This document shows, one piece after another, positions 23,065 to 34,706 of a DNA stretch of 64,000 bases (within the stretch, counting starts at the first letter, position 1; the number at the start of each line of letters is the position of its first letter). This DNA comes from Okamejei kenojei (Eukaryota): contig CM069156.1 in the NCBI GenBank assembly GCA_035221665.1, forward strand, positions 27,218,001-27,282,000. Direction: 5' to 3'. The notes beneath the pieces are model-generated. The model worked only from the letters and a program-made list of their open reading frames with translations. It was not told the origin of the DNA and did not search any database. The position numbers and the translations under genes were made by a program.

Positions 23065-23124
23065 AAGTCCACAGTCATAGATTACTGTCAGCAGAAGTCC
23101 ATAGTCATAGATTACTGTCAGCGG
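23065..23124 (+). repeat. 30-bp tandem duplication
   Basis: aagtccacagtcatagattactgtcagcag / aagtccatagtcatagattactgtcagcgg. Confidence 0.9.
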
Positions 23125-23544
23125 AAGACCCCTGTTCTTCCTTTCCAACCACTTATCAGAGAATTGCATCTGTTGCAAACCCAGCATTATCAGTTTGTTT
23201 CCCTCCGGGATGTGGACCAGGGGATTTTCAAAGCTGGGGAAGAAGTTTGCCTCGGCCCTATCTGCAACTTCCAAGCATATTCTGTATCACTCATGATCAT
23301 TGTGTGCTCATTCCCTGTTGCAGTCAAGAGACATTCCTTTTCCTCACAAGGAGAGTTGCTGAATCTTGAAGAAAGTGTTTCCACCAATTTGACAATTGAG
23401 CTGTTTCATCCTGCATCTCTCTAAGGAAGACGTTGGTTTCAAAGTATCTGAATTCCTGGATTATAGTCCGACTTTGATTCTGTAGGGGCTGCAAAAGCGG
23501 TCCTAGGGAGGAGAGAAGATGTCTGTGCATGACCCAAAACCTCC

Positions 23545-24280
23545 TTCACCTGCATCCAGGGTCCTCAGAGTCCTTTCAGGTGAGACGGCGGTTCACATGC
23601 AACTCATGTCACCTCATCAATGCATGTGGATGAAGTGGTCTCCTGTACATTGGCAAAACGAAGCATAGGATCGGTGATCATTTATCGTTTCAGTAATGTT
23701 ATGAACCGGTTATGATTCGGTTATCATTTCGCCGAATACTTGTGCTCGGTCCGCCAAGGCCTACTGGATATCCCAGTTGCTAACCATTTTAACTCCTCTT
23801 TCCATTCCCATACGGACCTTTTTGTCCTGAGCCTCGTCCTTTGCCAGAGTGAAGCATCACGCAAACTGGAGCAGCAGCACTTCATAGTCCGCTTGGATAG
23901 CTTACAACCCAACAGTATGAATTGAATTCTCCAATTTTAGATATCTATAGCCCACCCTCCCCCATCTCCCACCTGGACTCGTACCCATTTCTCCATGCAC
24001 CTTCCCCTTCCGCCTACATTCCTTCCTCTAGCTTCACAATATGCAATTTTTCAATCCCTTTCTCTCACACCTTTAGTCTTTTCATCTCAGGCCTTAGTCC
24101 AACCATCTGCCTATCAACCACCCCTGCATCTGTATCCACCTATTACTTGCCAGGCTTTGTCATGCCCTTCCAGGTTTCTTTCCTCCACCACAGTCAGAAA
24201 AAGGGTCCAACGTCACCTATCCATGTTCTCCAGAGATGCTGCCTGACCCGCTGAGTCACTCCAGCACTTTGTACCTTTTT
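23545..24280 (+). mobile_element. Penelope-like element fragment: GIY-YIG endonuclease C-terminus plus 3' UTR
   Basis: Degenerate translation ...GLLYIGKTKHRIGDH...SVRQGLLDIPVANHFNSSFHSHTDL..L...SEASRKLEQQHFIVRLDSLQPNSMN. It is followed by a CT-rich UTR and the conserved ...ctccagagatgctgcctgacccgctgag... end. Confidence 0.85.
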
Positions 24281-26179
24281 TCTTCTCCATCTCAACGCCT
24301 GTTTGAAATAGTGATGGGAATCCTGGCTCATGACCTCGCCGAGTACCAGGAGAGAAACTGCTTCCCTGATAATTGTTGAAGATGCTTAATTTAATTGTCT
24401 TTCTGATATAACGATGACAGCAATGTCATCACTAAGTGTTAAACCTACCATGCTGGCATCGTGTGGGTGTAAACAAAGGACTGTCTCCCGGCACCACTGG
24501 CAACCCCACCAATGACACCTCTGTAATGACACCACCGTAATGAATCGCAAGATGCTTCACAGGAGCATCATGAGATTGAACAATATGAGGAGCTATTACG
24601 ACATCAAAGAGACCATAGAAATTCCAAAGCTTTGACCAAAGAAGCTACAAACATGACCGTTAATTGTTGAAAGTCAACGATCTGTAAAGGACCAGGACTG
24701 GAAATGCACTGCAGGAAATTGCAGAGCTACAGATAGTTACAGAGAAAATTTTAAGAGTACATAAGAATTTGAAAACAAGGATGATAGTAGTAAAATGGAA
24801 GGATTGTTGGATGGGAACAAATGAAGATCAGCAAACAAATCAATTTTGCATGAATGGCATTTGGTGCAAGTTAACACCAGGATTAACAGAGATTTACATC
24901 AGTCGAAATGAAATGAGCGTGGATGATGAACAGTGTAGGAAGGAACTGCAGACGCTGGTTACACCGAAGATAGACACAAATGGCGGAGTAACTCAGCGAG
25001 ACAGGCAGCGTCTCTGGATAGAGGAATGGGTGATGTTTCGGGTCAAGAACGGGTGCCCATTACAGGTTATGGAGAACAGGCAGGAGAATGGGGTTAGGTG
25101 GGAGAGATGGATCAGCCATGATTGAATGGCAGAGTAGACTTGATGAGCCGAATGGCCTAATTCTATGCCTATCACTTATGACCTTATGAGATTCTTCCTC
25201 TGAAGGTTCCAAGGCATGGTTGATGGTTTCAGCAGCAAATGAGACACATCAATGGTGCCTCTCCCAAGGAAACCGGTGTGGGGTTTGCCGAAATCGTTGT
25301 TTTTATATAAGTGGATTAACCAACTCGCAGGTCAATGTATGCACAGAACACATAATGTTCCAGAGACACAATTGTGTCGTGATTTTGCTGAATCGTAGCA
25401 CATGACTGGATTCTTACTCGAACTGGGGGAGATGCATTTTCCACCTGAGTGATGATTTCATGATGGACAGAGCAAGGCGAGGATCATGGGGAGGGGGGAA
25501 GAAACAGAGCAGTTATCAAATCAAAGTGAGCATTTGTGGAGGAGGAGCTGGGTTAACCTCTGGCTCCAGGAGTCCGAGACAGCAAACAAGCCGCCCAGAT
25601 AACCAAACAAGTCGTATATCTGACACATCGTCAGCTGCAAGTGTTTGCTTATGCCCAGCACGGCCTGTCGCTAAAAGGAGCAGCTTGTAACTACTGAAGG
25701 TTGTTTTTGCAGTGCCTCCCTCAGAGTGGCTTTCAGCGTGAGTGTTGTTTGGAGTCTGTCTGTGAAGTGCTTCTGTAATTAAGATTGAGAACTGCAGGAG
25801 GATCCAGCGGTTGTAGATTCAAAGAACAGCAGCCTGCTTGGGACGTCCTCACCTCGGGGTGTGGTATGAGCTTGCAGCCACATCCTCTGTTCCCACTTCA
25901 ACTGATGTGTGGGTGTGCTGCATCGTTCCAAAGGAGATTTGGGAAGATCTTAATTATCCCTTTCCTGGTGGTTTGGTGTAAGAGTGCAGCATCTGATGTC
26001 ATATTGAACTTGCTTACTGCTCTAACTCCTGAAGGTGTGCAGTTAGCATTGACTGGGTCACTTCAGTAAATGTAGTGAGTGTTGGAGAGGGTGCAAAAAA
26101 ACACTCAGACTTCTTATTCCTGGTTGTTACAACCAACTCCTGAAAATGATGCATGTGCGGTTGAGATCGGACAGAGAGT

Positions 26180-26515
26180 GAGGAAGCTGGTTGAGCCGTT
26201 GCCCCACAGTGCAAACGACCCGGGTTCAATCCCTACCTCCAGTGATGTCTCTGTGGAGTTTACATGTTCTCCCTGTGATCTCCTGGGTTCTCCCGGGTGC
26301 TCCGGTTTCCTCCCCCATCTTAAAGGTGTGTTGGTTGGTAGGTTAGGAGACAGCTATGCATTGATCCTGGTGTCCAAGTAGGAAAATTGTACAATTTATG
26401 GATGTTGATGAAGATATAGGGTGAATGTAATGGGATTAGTGTAACAATGTGTGCTTGACAGTCAGTGCAGTCCCATTGGGCCAAAGGGCCTGTTTCCTTG
26501 CAGTATGTCTATATA
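26180..26515 (+). mobile_element. HE1-type V-SINE
   Basis: gacccgggttcaatccc B-box, V core, tail ggccaaagggcctgtttcc. Confidence 0.85.
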
Positions 26516-27529
26516 ACTGCACGTATTGTGCGTGGATAGGATTGAGCTCAGATGTAATAAAGGATTTGTCCCGGTTGCCCCTATCCCAAACCCCAATGCC
26601 TTGCCTGACAGATAGACACCTGATACTAGACATTGGAAGTTTTTAAGAAGGAACTGCAGATGCTGGAAAAATGGAAAGTGAAGTTGTTCTGTTCACAAGC
26701 TTACCCTTCACAAATCACTTTACACAGTGTCCAATTTATACATTGTGTGATCCCACAAACAGCTTGGTGGTGAATATAAGGGTAATCTGTTATCGTGCTG
26801 GTTCAGAAAGCCATATCAGCGAGGGCAACAGGGCAAGCAGCACCTCTGACAATGCAGTACTCTTTCACTAGTAAACCGAAAATCATGTGTCTTAAACAAC
26901 TCAACTGGATCACCTTTAGTCTACACTGGAAATAATACTGTCCTAGTCCGTGCTATGAAGTATAGTCAGCCACAAACAAAGTACCTCTGCGTTTCTCTCA
27001 TCAAACCGTCAATGTTGCCATCTCACTCTTCGCTATTAAAAACCTTTTTTCTCTAATTGTGTCCTCAGTTCTTCGTCCCACCCCCACCACCTCCTCCCCC
27101 CCACGACCATCTGCTCACCATCTGCTGTTTACTCTTCTTTACATAAAACAGGTTTGATAATCTCCTGTACTTGATGCCACGGATTGCCGTGTCCTTAGGA
27201 CATCAAACTTGGGTTTTCTTTTGATGGTGGTACTGAGGTCAACTGGCACTCGGGGTTTTGCCGAGTCAGACAGAGGCTGCTGAAAATAATCAACGGCTCC
27301 CTCTATAGTTAGAAACTTAAACAGGCCATGCAGACCACGATCCATTGCTGAGTTAGATACCTTATCTGAGGTGGTGATTGTGCTGGCTGAGGTTAAAATG
27401 TATTTCAGTAACCCTTAGACAAGGGAAAACAGCCAGTCCCCTTGCTCATGATCTCTAACTCCTCATGCAAAGTGTGTGCTTAGAAGTAAGATTGTTGGAT
27501 GACAACGGATACCTCCTTAGTTAAATAGC

Positions 27530-27740
27530 TTGAACAAAACACAAAGTGCTGGAGGTACTTAGCTGGTCGGGCAGCATCTGTGGAGTGAATGGACAGGCGA
27601 TGTTTTGACCCATCTTCAGACCCGGAGTGTGATGAAGAGTCCTGATCCAAAATGTCGCCTGTCCATTCCCTCCACAGTTGCTGCCTGAGTTCCTTCAGCA
27701 CTTTATGATGTTCTCAAGATTCCAGCAATTGCAGTTCCCT
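27530..27740. mobile_element. Fold-back Penelope-like 3'-end pair
   Basis: gcagcatctgtggagtgaatggacaggcgatgtttt is inverted relative to aaaatgtcgcctgtccattccctccacagttgctgc. Two degenerate hammerhead-like cores lie back to back in the centre. Confidence 0.8.
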
Positions 27741-27789
27741 GATTTAATCTCTGATTAAATAGCTTGCTTGGTACTGTCGATCAGAGTTG

Positions 27790-28110
27790 TAGAATCATAG
27801 GACATTGAGCAGGCCCTTTGACCCCCTGAATCCGAGCCGACCATTTATACTAATCCCACACAAATCCCATTTCTGATCCTCCACATTTCCATCAAATGCC
27901 CCGTCCACCCATTTGCATGATTTTCCCCACTCACCTACACACTCAGGACAATGTTCAGCAACCAATTAACCTACTAACCCAAATGTCTTAACAGTGTGGG
28001 AGAAAACAGTAGCACCGAGGGGAAACATAGAAAATCACAGGGAAAATATGCAAGCTTCCCACAGACAGCGCTGGAGGTCAGGATTGAACCCAGGTTGCTG
28101 GATCTATGCT
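27790..28110 (-). mobile_element. HE1-type V-SINE
   Basis: gtgggagaaaacagtagcacc...ggtcaggattgaacccagg. Confidence 0.75.
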
Positions 28111-30769
28111 GTAAATGCTTCTAGATGCTCACAGCATGATGTGTGCTTGGCTTCAGTGGAGCCACAACCCAGCAAGGAGTCAGTAACTTCAGACGAGTAG
28201 AGGGGGGGAAAAAGTCGACTTTTGCCAACCAGTATTCTTAAAACCATTGACAGTCCTGACAGTTTGTGATTGAATTTCTTTTAAGGGGCTTGTGCATGTG
28301 TGAATGTGTGTGAAATATCGAAAGGGGTGTCCATGAGTCGTCGCCACTTCATATATCATCTGATCGTGGTGATTAAAACAGTATTGGTAAACTTGTAAAA
28401 AGAGTGCGTTAGTTGTGAGTAATGAGGTGCCTTGGTTGTTCCGCTGATGGTTTAAGGTTGTAACGTTTTCAGCTACCACCTCAGGAGGTCAGAGTTCACG
28501 TATTATCCTGGCCCGAAGTGACTGTCAAGAATTCACCAGTGAAATATAAGGGTCAAGAGTCACCTTGATCAGCGAGGTGCTTGGCAGCGGAGCACAAAGC
28601 AAGTTGAGAACAAAACCCTCATGTTCTTAAAGTGGTATTCTCACCTGAGTGAGGACTGCTATATTTCAGTATTTTGCCAAAGCTTTGTCAAAGAATACTC
28701 TTAAATCCGCACAACTTCTGGAGTCTGTTATTTTGTTCTTTCTTCAAAGCACAATGTAAAGCAGCTTGACTGGACACAGCACGAACGTGCCAGGTGCGAA
28801 CCAAGTCTTGCTCTGATTTTGCTGATGTCAGCAAGGCTAGAGGTAGCACTGGCACCCCTTAGCTTCAAGTCCCTTGAACGTAGGGAGTGGATTGCAACCT
28901 CGGGTTAGTTATCCTGCTCAGTGTCCACTCAGTCCCCCGCGGACTGTGTGGGCATTGTGTGCGATGGTGACCCAGCTAAGTTGCATCCTTCCCAGGGTTG
29001 ATAGCCTGTTGCGTGGGCTATCTAGCTTCACACACAATGACTGCTCTCTCAGCTCAGCTACAGGTGCATGCCCCCAAACTGCCCCCCGGGGGAGGGAGGG
29101 GAGTGGGGGGGTGGGGCGGAGGGGGGCAGGATTCTCCCAAGAGGATTGAAGAGGAAAAACGATGAAGAGAGCCTCTCACTATTTTTCCTCTCGCTGCAAA
29201 CATCCTGATTGTGTCCCCAGGGATATAAGCTGTTTGTGCAGATGAACTTTCCCAGTTCCCTTCTCAGTTTTGTCAAACCCCTTTTGCTGCAACCCATAAG
29301 TAAATGCTTCCTTCAGTCGCTTTACGTGTGTGCGTTCAACGCACGAGTTGAGCAGAGAGGTTTTTTTTGCTTTTGTTGAATATAAGGACTGATTAACAGC
29401 CTCTTCATCTCAACCCTGGGCCTAAACCCACGGCGGATTAGATTACAGCCGAGAGTAAGGAAATGTATCTGTGATAAATTATTTTCAGTGATGTTGTCAA
29501 TAATTTCCGCAGCGGTCGGCTTCTAATTCTCCTCATATTACAGCCCTCCAAGGTTCAGATGTGCTCCTTTGAGTCAGACAGTATCAGATACTGTTTTCAT
29601 CAAAAAAAATCCAATTTTTCCTTCTCGACCGGACAACCAGTGACACGGCTGCTAACCTGCTCTGACAGCAGACCATGTGAGATTATAGATGAAGAGATCA
29701 GACGCTCAGATTTTGAAGCCAAGGAAAAAATAATTTAATCAAGCCAGGGTTACAGACAAGTGTCTATTTGTAGTCAATTTATAGAGAAGCAGCAAGGAAT
29801 CAGCAATCAGCACCATGGTTCTGGGAATTATTCTCAATACACATAATGCAATTAAACATTTTAAAAAATATATATATATTTTATTTATGGAGCTCCTCCC
29901 AATGGATTATTCAGGAAATACACCTCCCATTATCTCATTAAACCATTCAAACCAGGTAGGTTGTGGTCCATGCTGGGTGACCTAGTGCTGTGGTGGAGCC
30001 TACATCGTCTCCGAGAGGTATCTCCATGATCAAAATCTTCACCCTTGTGACTATGCTTAGCATCTTCATCCGCACGGTAGACATCAACAATCATCTCTGC
30101 CACCTCTCTTTAGTAGCACCTCCACCGTACCTCCCTCCCAGTTCACACCTCCCTGCTTAGTTACTCCAGCCCTGTGCTATTCTGCTGATGGTTTGTGCTA
30201 GATAGTATATTATTTTTCCCTGTGTGTCCCAAGACCATGGAATGTAATTGCAACCATTCAAGGTCAGACTCCCAGATAGATAAAATATTGGGCTGCCTGG
30301 CAACACGGTGGCAAAACATGGCAGGCCCAGATCTGCTTTTGGAGTAATAAGCTTAGGGAAGTTTGACCTAAAAAGACCGATTGCAGTCTGTGCATTGAAT
30401 TTCCAAACACAGTGTCTTGATCTGATTGTGTTTTAGGTGAGATTAAATTGGTTAAAATCCTTAACTGTTCTAAATCCCACAGAGTGATTCCTCATTAATC
30501 TCTTTTCCTTCCAAATGCAATAGTGGCAGGTTTAGGAGGATTTGCCCTCTAGATGAATACAGACAAGGGCAGTATTCCACTCCGTGGATACTTGGATACG
30601 GGAACCTTGTTCGCTGGTCAGTCGACCGGCAAGCATGGTGCAGTTAGTTGCCATGTCTCTCCCCCTACGGGTCAGAAGCTTGTCGATTTTAAGCCTATTC
30701 CAAATGGATTTAGCGTGTAATCCAGGCTGAAACTCTCAGACTGGTATCCGCACCAGGAACTTCTGCATT

Positions 30770-31420
30770 GATAGAATGGTAAAGAAGGCACATGGTATGC
30801 TCACCTTCAGTGGTCGGGGTATTGAGAATAAGAGTCAGGAAGTCTTGTTGCAGCTTTATCGGACTTTGGTTAGGATGCCTTTGGAGTATTGCATGCAGTT
30901 CAGATCTGCCCATTACAGGAAGGATGTAGAGGCTTTGGAGAGGGTGCAGAAGAGGTTTACCAGAATGCTGCCTTGATTAGAGGGTATTAGCTATAAGGAT
31001 TGGTGGGACAAACTTGGATTCTTTTTGCTGGAACGCTGGTGGTAAAGGGGAAACCTGATAGAAGTATAGAACATTATAGAGAGGCGTAGATGGGGTAGAC
31101 AGACAGAACCTGGGGGAATTGCCAAACATTAGAGGCATAAGAGGCATAGCTTTAAGGTGAAAAGAGGAAAGTTTAAAGGAGATGCGTGGGGTAATTGTTT
31201 TGTGCAGAAGTTGATGGGTGCCTGAAACGTGCTGACAGGGGTGGTGATGGAGGCAGATATAATAGTGTTATTTAAGAGGCTTTTACAGAGACACATGGAT
31301 ATGTAGGTATTGGAGGGACAATGATCATGCGTAGGTATATGAGCAAGTTAATCGTGACTCCATGTTAGGCACAAACATTGAATGCCAAAGGGAGTGTTCC
31401 TGTGTTCTGGATTCTATGTC
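30770..31420 (+). mobile_element. CR1-type LINE 3' fragment
   Basis: VKKAHGMLTF..RGIENKSQEVLLQLYRTLVR..LEYCMQF.SAHYRKDVEALERVQKRFTRMLP, followed by the 3' UTR. Confidence 0.9.
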
Positions 31421-31493
31421 AGAGCAGTCCATGTTTCAAACCATATGGAAGACCAAAGCCCATCAGATGGAAGTGATAGATCCCAAACAAAGG

Positions 31494-31740
31494 GCGACAC
31501 GATGGCACAGCAGTAGAGTTGCTGCCTTACAGCACTGGAGACTCGGGTTTGATTCTGACTACGGGTGCTGTCTGTACGGTGTTTATACATCTCCCCATGA
31601 CCACCCGGGTTTTATCCTAGATCTTCGGTTTCCTCCCACACTCCAAAGACATAGGGGTATGTAGATACATTGGCTTAGTGCGGACTCGGTGGGACAAAGG
31701 GCCTGTTTCCGCTCTGTATCTCTAAAACTAAAAACTAAAT
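31494..31740 (+). mobile_element. HE1-type V-SINE (internally deleted)
   Basis: Head, V core and tail gggcctgtttccgctctgtatctctaaaactaaaaactaaa. Confidence 0.85.
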
Positions 31741-32119
31741 ATCCAAAACAGGGCAAAGGGATTCTCCAGGTACTCTGATTAATACATACCTTAACCATCA
31801 TCACTAAACTGATGGTGGCATTGCTGTTGGTGGGAGTTTGCATTTCTAAATTAGCTGTCGTATTTCCTACATGATAATAGTAAGTACATCTCAAAATAAT
31901 TATTGTACAGAGCTTTGGAACAATCTGGGGTTGGGAAGGCTGTTATAGAAATGCAGAGGAGAATAGTTTATCTTGGGACAGACATTATAGGCTGAAGGGC
32001 CTGTCCCATTGCTGTACCTTTGTATGTTCTGTGTAAAAATATTACATGTGGGAAGAAATGCCTTGGCAGGGAATGCCACATGAAAACCTCAGGAAGAACA
32101 TTCGTTCAGAGCGGAACTT

Positions 32120-32540
32120 AAAATGGTGGTGGAACCCAGTGGGTAAGGCAGCATCTGTGGAGGTAATGGGCAGCGAGGTTTCAGGCACCTTTCTTCAGAC
32201 TGACAGTAGTTGGTGAGTGAAAGCTGGTAGAAGGGTGGAGGGGGGCGGGTGGAATAAGTAACAAAGGCTAGAGATGAATATGAGACAAAAGACTGTCTGA
32301 TAAAGAGAGGAGAGGGGTGAAGCTTGAGGGAGGGATGTGGGTGGAAGTGTTAACAAGGGAGTGGACAGAGTGGGAAGTAAAGGGGGAATCGGGGATGGGA
32401 GATGAGGGGATAAAGGAGGGGAAAGGAACAAGGTGACCGGGAGGGGTAGGAGTTTGTGGGAGAAATGGGGGCGCGCCAGGGTGCGGGTGGGGGGCATGGG
32501 AAGCAAAGAGGGGTTGAGGGGTGTAACTTGAAATTGAGCA
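32120..32540 (-). mobile_element. Penelope-like 3' UTR fragment
   Basis: ggcagcatctgtggagg...cttcagact, followed by a GA-rich stretch ending in acttgaaattg. Confidence 0.65.
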
Positions 32541-33334
32541 TGGGGATATATTTAAGTAGGTTAGTGGATCTTTTATCAGCTAATGCAGAAGTGGGGAAAT
32601 GTGTAAGGCACTGCCCACAGGCAGTACAGCGCAAGTTATTTGTTTATCATTCTGTACAACTCTTACGTTCCACTGCGGCTGGCCCAGTCACCTCACACGA
32701 CATGGGTAACGCACTTAGCCAGATAATCCCTTGGTTTCTCTGGAAGATTTATGTCGCCAGAAAGGGTCAGTGTTGTTAGACACCGCTACTCGAGGTGTGA
32801 ACTTTAGTGCTGACCTTGCGGTGATTGTGCCAATCCCTCCAGCCACTGGCTTATCCAGAGAGCTGTAAAGAAAGTTTCCTGCCCCCACGCTTGACAAGGG
32901 CGGTCCTTTGTCTGCCACTGATAGTCCTGTAAGCAGTGTGTCTGTAAAATGTAGTTTATTGTTAGTTAATCTGTTGACAGAGCAGGCAGCTTTTTTCAGT
33001 GAATTCCAACCTGAGGGCCATGGCTAATTGAACAAATTAGCACAGCAGGGGCTGGATGGGAGTGGGATCAGGCAAGTTTGCAGCAGCAACATTGCATCGC
33101 AGATCACTGGAACCTTTCACCGATTTCTCCAGCCTTGGACTTCCCATTCTCAATCTCTCTGTCTAACATCTCCAAGATGTTTCTTAAAATCTCCCCCTGT
33201 GGTTAATCGTGTACACATCTACCAGCATAATGTAGATTGGTGTCAAATGTTTGCTTAGTAATGTTGCTGCAAAACAGTTGTAACATTCGATGATGAATTC
33301 CGGCTATTACTGGCCCCATCCTCCATTAACCAAG

Positions 33335-33636
33335 GGTAGCACAGTGGCGCAGTGGTGGAGCTGCTGCCATACTGCGCCAGAGACCCGGGTTTGATCCTGA
33401 CGAAGCGTGCTGTCTGTACAAAGTTTGTGCGTTCTCCTTATGACCGTGTTGGTTTTCTCCAGTTACCTTCCACGCTCTAAAGACATACAAGATGTGTAGG
33501 TTAAATGGCTTCGGCAAAATTGTCCGTTTTTCCCAGTGTGCAGGATAGTGGTAGTGTACAGGGTGATCACTGGTGGGCGCAGACTTGGTGGGCTGAAGTT
33601 CCTGTTTCCTTGTTGTATTTCTCTCTCTAAAGTCTA
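33335..33636 (+). mobile_element. HE1-type V-SINE, full length
   Basis: gcacagtggcgcagtggtggagctgctgcc...gacccgggtttgatcctgac...ggtgggctgaagttcctgtttcc. Confidence 0.88.
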
Positions 33637-33699
33637 AACCATACTTCAAATTCATTGTGATCATGAAATAGACAATGAACAAAAGCCACTTTTATTTGC

Positions 33700-34205
33700 G
33701 GAGTGAAATGTAAAGGCATAGAGATGGATATGGGTGGAAGGGGGGAGAGAGGAGAGAAAGATGGGGATAAAACAGGAATACTCGACTCGGGGATAGGAGA
33801 TGAGCGTGTAAAGGGGAAAGATGTGTTGCGCCAGTGGGAGGATGCGGTGGGGGGAGAGGAATGAGAGGGGAGTGTAGCATAGATTCACTCCTCCGCTGTT
33901 TTCCTCAACTGGCACCCCTTTGTCTCCTTTTCATCTCAATACTGTGTCATTTAACTCCAGCCATCTGCCAGTCATTCCCCCCACCCCCTTCCACCCCCAA
34001 CTGTATCCACCTATCACTTGCTAGGTTTAGGCTTTGCCCCGTCTCTCTTTTCCAGCTTTCTCCTCCGTACTCGACCAGTCTGAAGAAGAGGCCCAATCTG
34101 AAACATTGTCTACCCATTCTCTCCACAGATGCTGCCTGACTCACCTCCACAAAATGTTTGTGTTTTAGCTCAGGATTCCAGCATCTGCAGTTTCTCGTGT
34201 CTCAG
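33700..34205. mobile_element. Divergent (inverted) pair of Penelope-like 3' UTR fragments
   Basis: GA-rich minus-strand piece 33700-33880, then a CT-rich plus-strand piece ending agtctgaagaagaggcccaatctgaaac...ccagcatctgcagtt. Confidence 0.65.
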
Positions 34206-34399
34206 TGTAACCAAATAATTGGGGTGTTTTGAGAAGTATTTATTGGACTTAAATCATAAATAAAAACAGAATTTGTTTGACTCTGCTTGGATGGAAAATC
34301 CTATATTTCACAGTTTTAGGGAATCCTTTATGGATAAATAACTACGGTGGATTACTAACTTGAAATGTTGGACTTAGCCACTCTTGGTGTGTCCTGTAA

Positions 34400-34706
34400 A
34401 GGGCCTGTCCCACTGTACGAGCTAATTCAAGAGTTCTCCCGAGTTTCCCCTGATTCGAACTCGGAGAATTACAGTAAAAGCCGCTCGTAGGTATTCGGGG
34501 CCCTCGTGAACATTTTGCAACGTTGAAAAATCTTCATGAGTCTTCACGAGCTTACCACGTTTCCCGATTACCTGCCGTTAGCGTTACGAGCCGCTAAGAG
34601 ACGTCCCGAGCTCCAACGTACCCGCTACCACATGCTTACCACGAGTTTGATTTTTTTTTAAACTCGGGAGAGCTCTTGAATTACCTCGTACAGTGGAACA
34701 GGCCCT
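34400..34706. mobile_element. Complete PIF/Harbinger (Tourist-like) MITE, 307 bp
   Basis: 47-bp TIRs agggcctgtcccactgtacgagctaattcaagagttctcccgagttt with 3 mismatches between arms. TAA TSD at 34397-34399 and 34707-34709. No ORF. Confidence 0.9.

Noticed and set aside
23065-23124. 30-bp and 25-bp (38760) direct repeats, and ~33-bp repeats at 40710-40820, considered as a CRISPR-like or functional array
   Set aside because: Only 2-3 adjacent copies with no spacers in a vertebrate context. These are simple slippage duplications, the last within a CR1 3' UTR.
22978-23530. Overlapping minus-strand ORFs of 65-98 aa
   Set aside because: No recognisable domain, no consistent splice pattern, and they include the tandem duplication.
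31995-32015. aagggcctgtcccatt, resembling the MITE TIR
   Set aside because: It lies in a CR1/HE1 3'-tail context (acattataggctgaagggcctgt...gctgtac) and has no partner TIR. The similarity is coincidental.
33335-33410. tRNA-like A/B boxes in SINE heads
   Set aside because: No complete cloverleaf, and they continue into the V-SINE core, so they are not tRNA genes.
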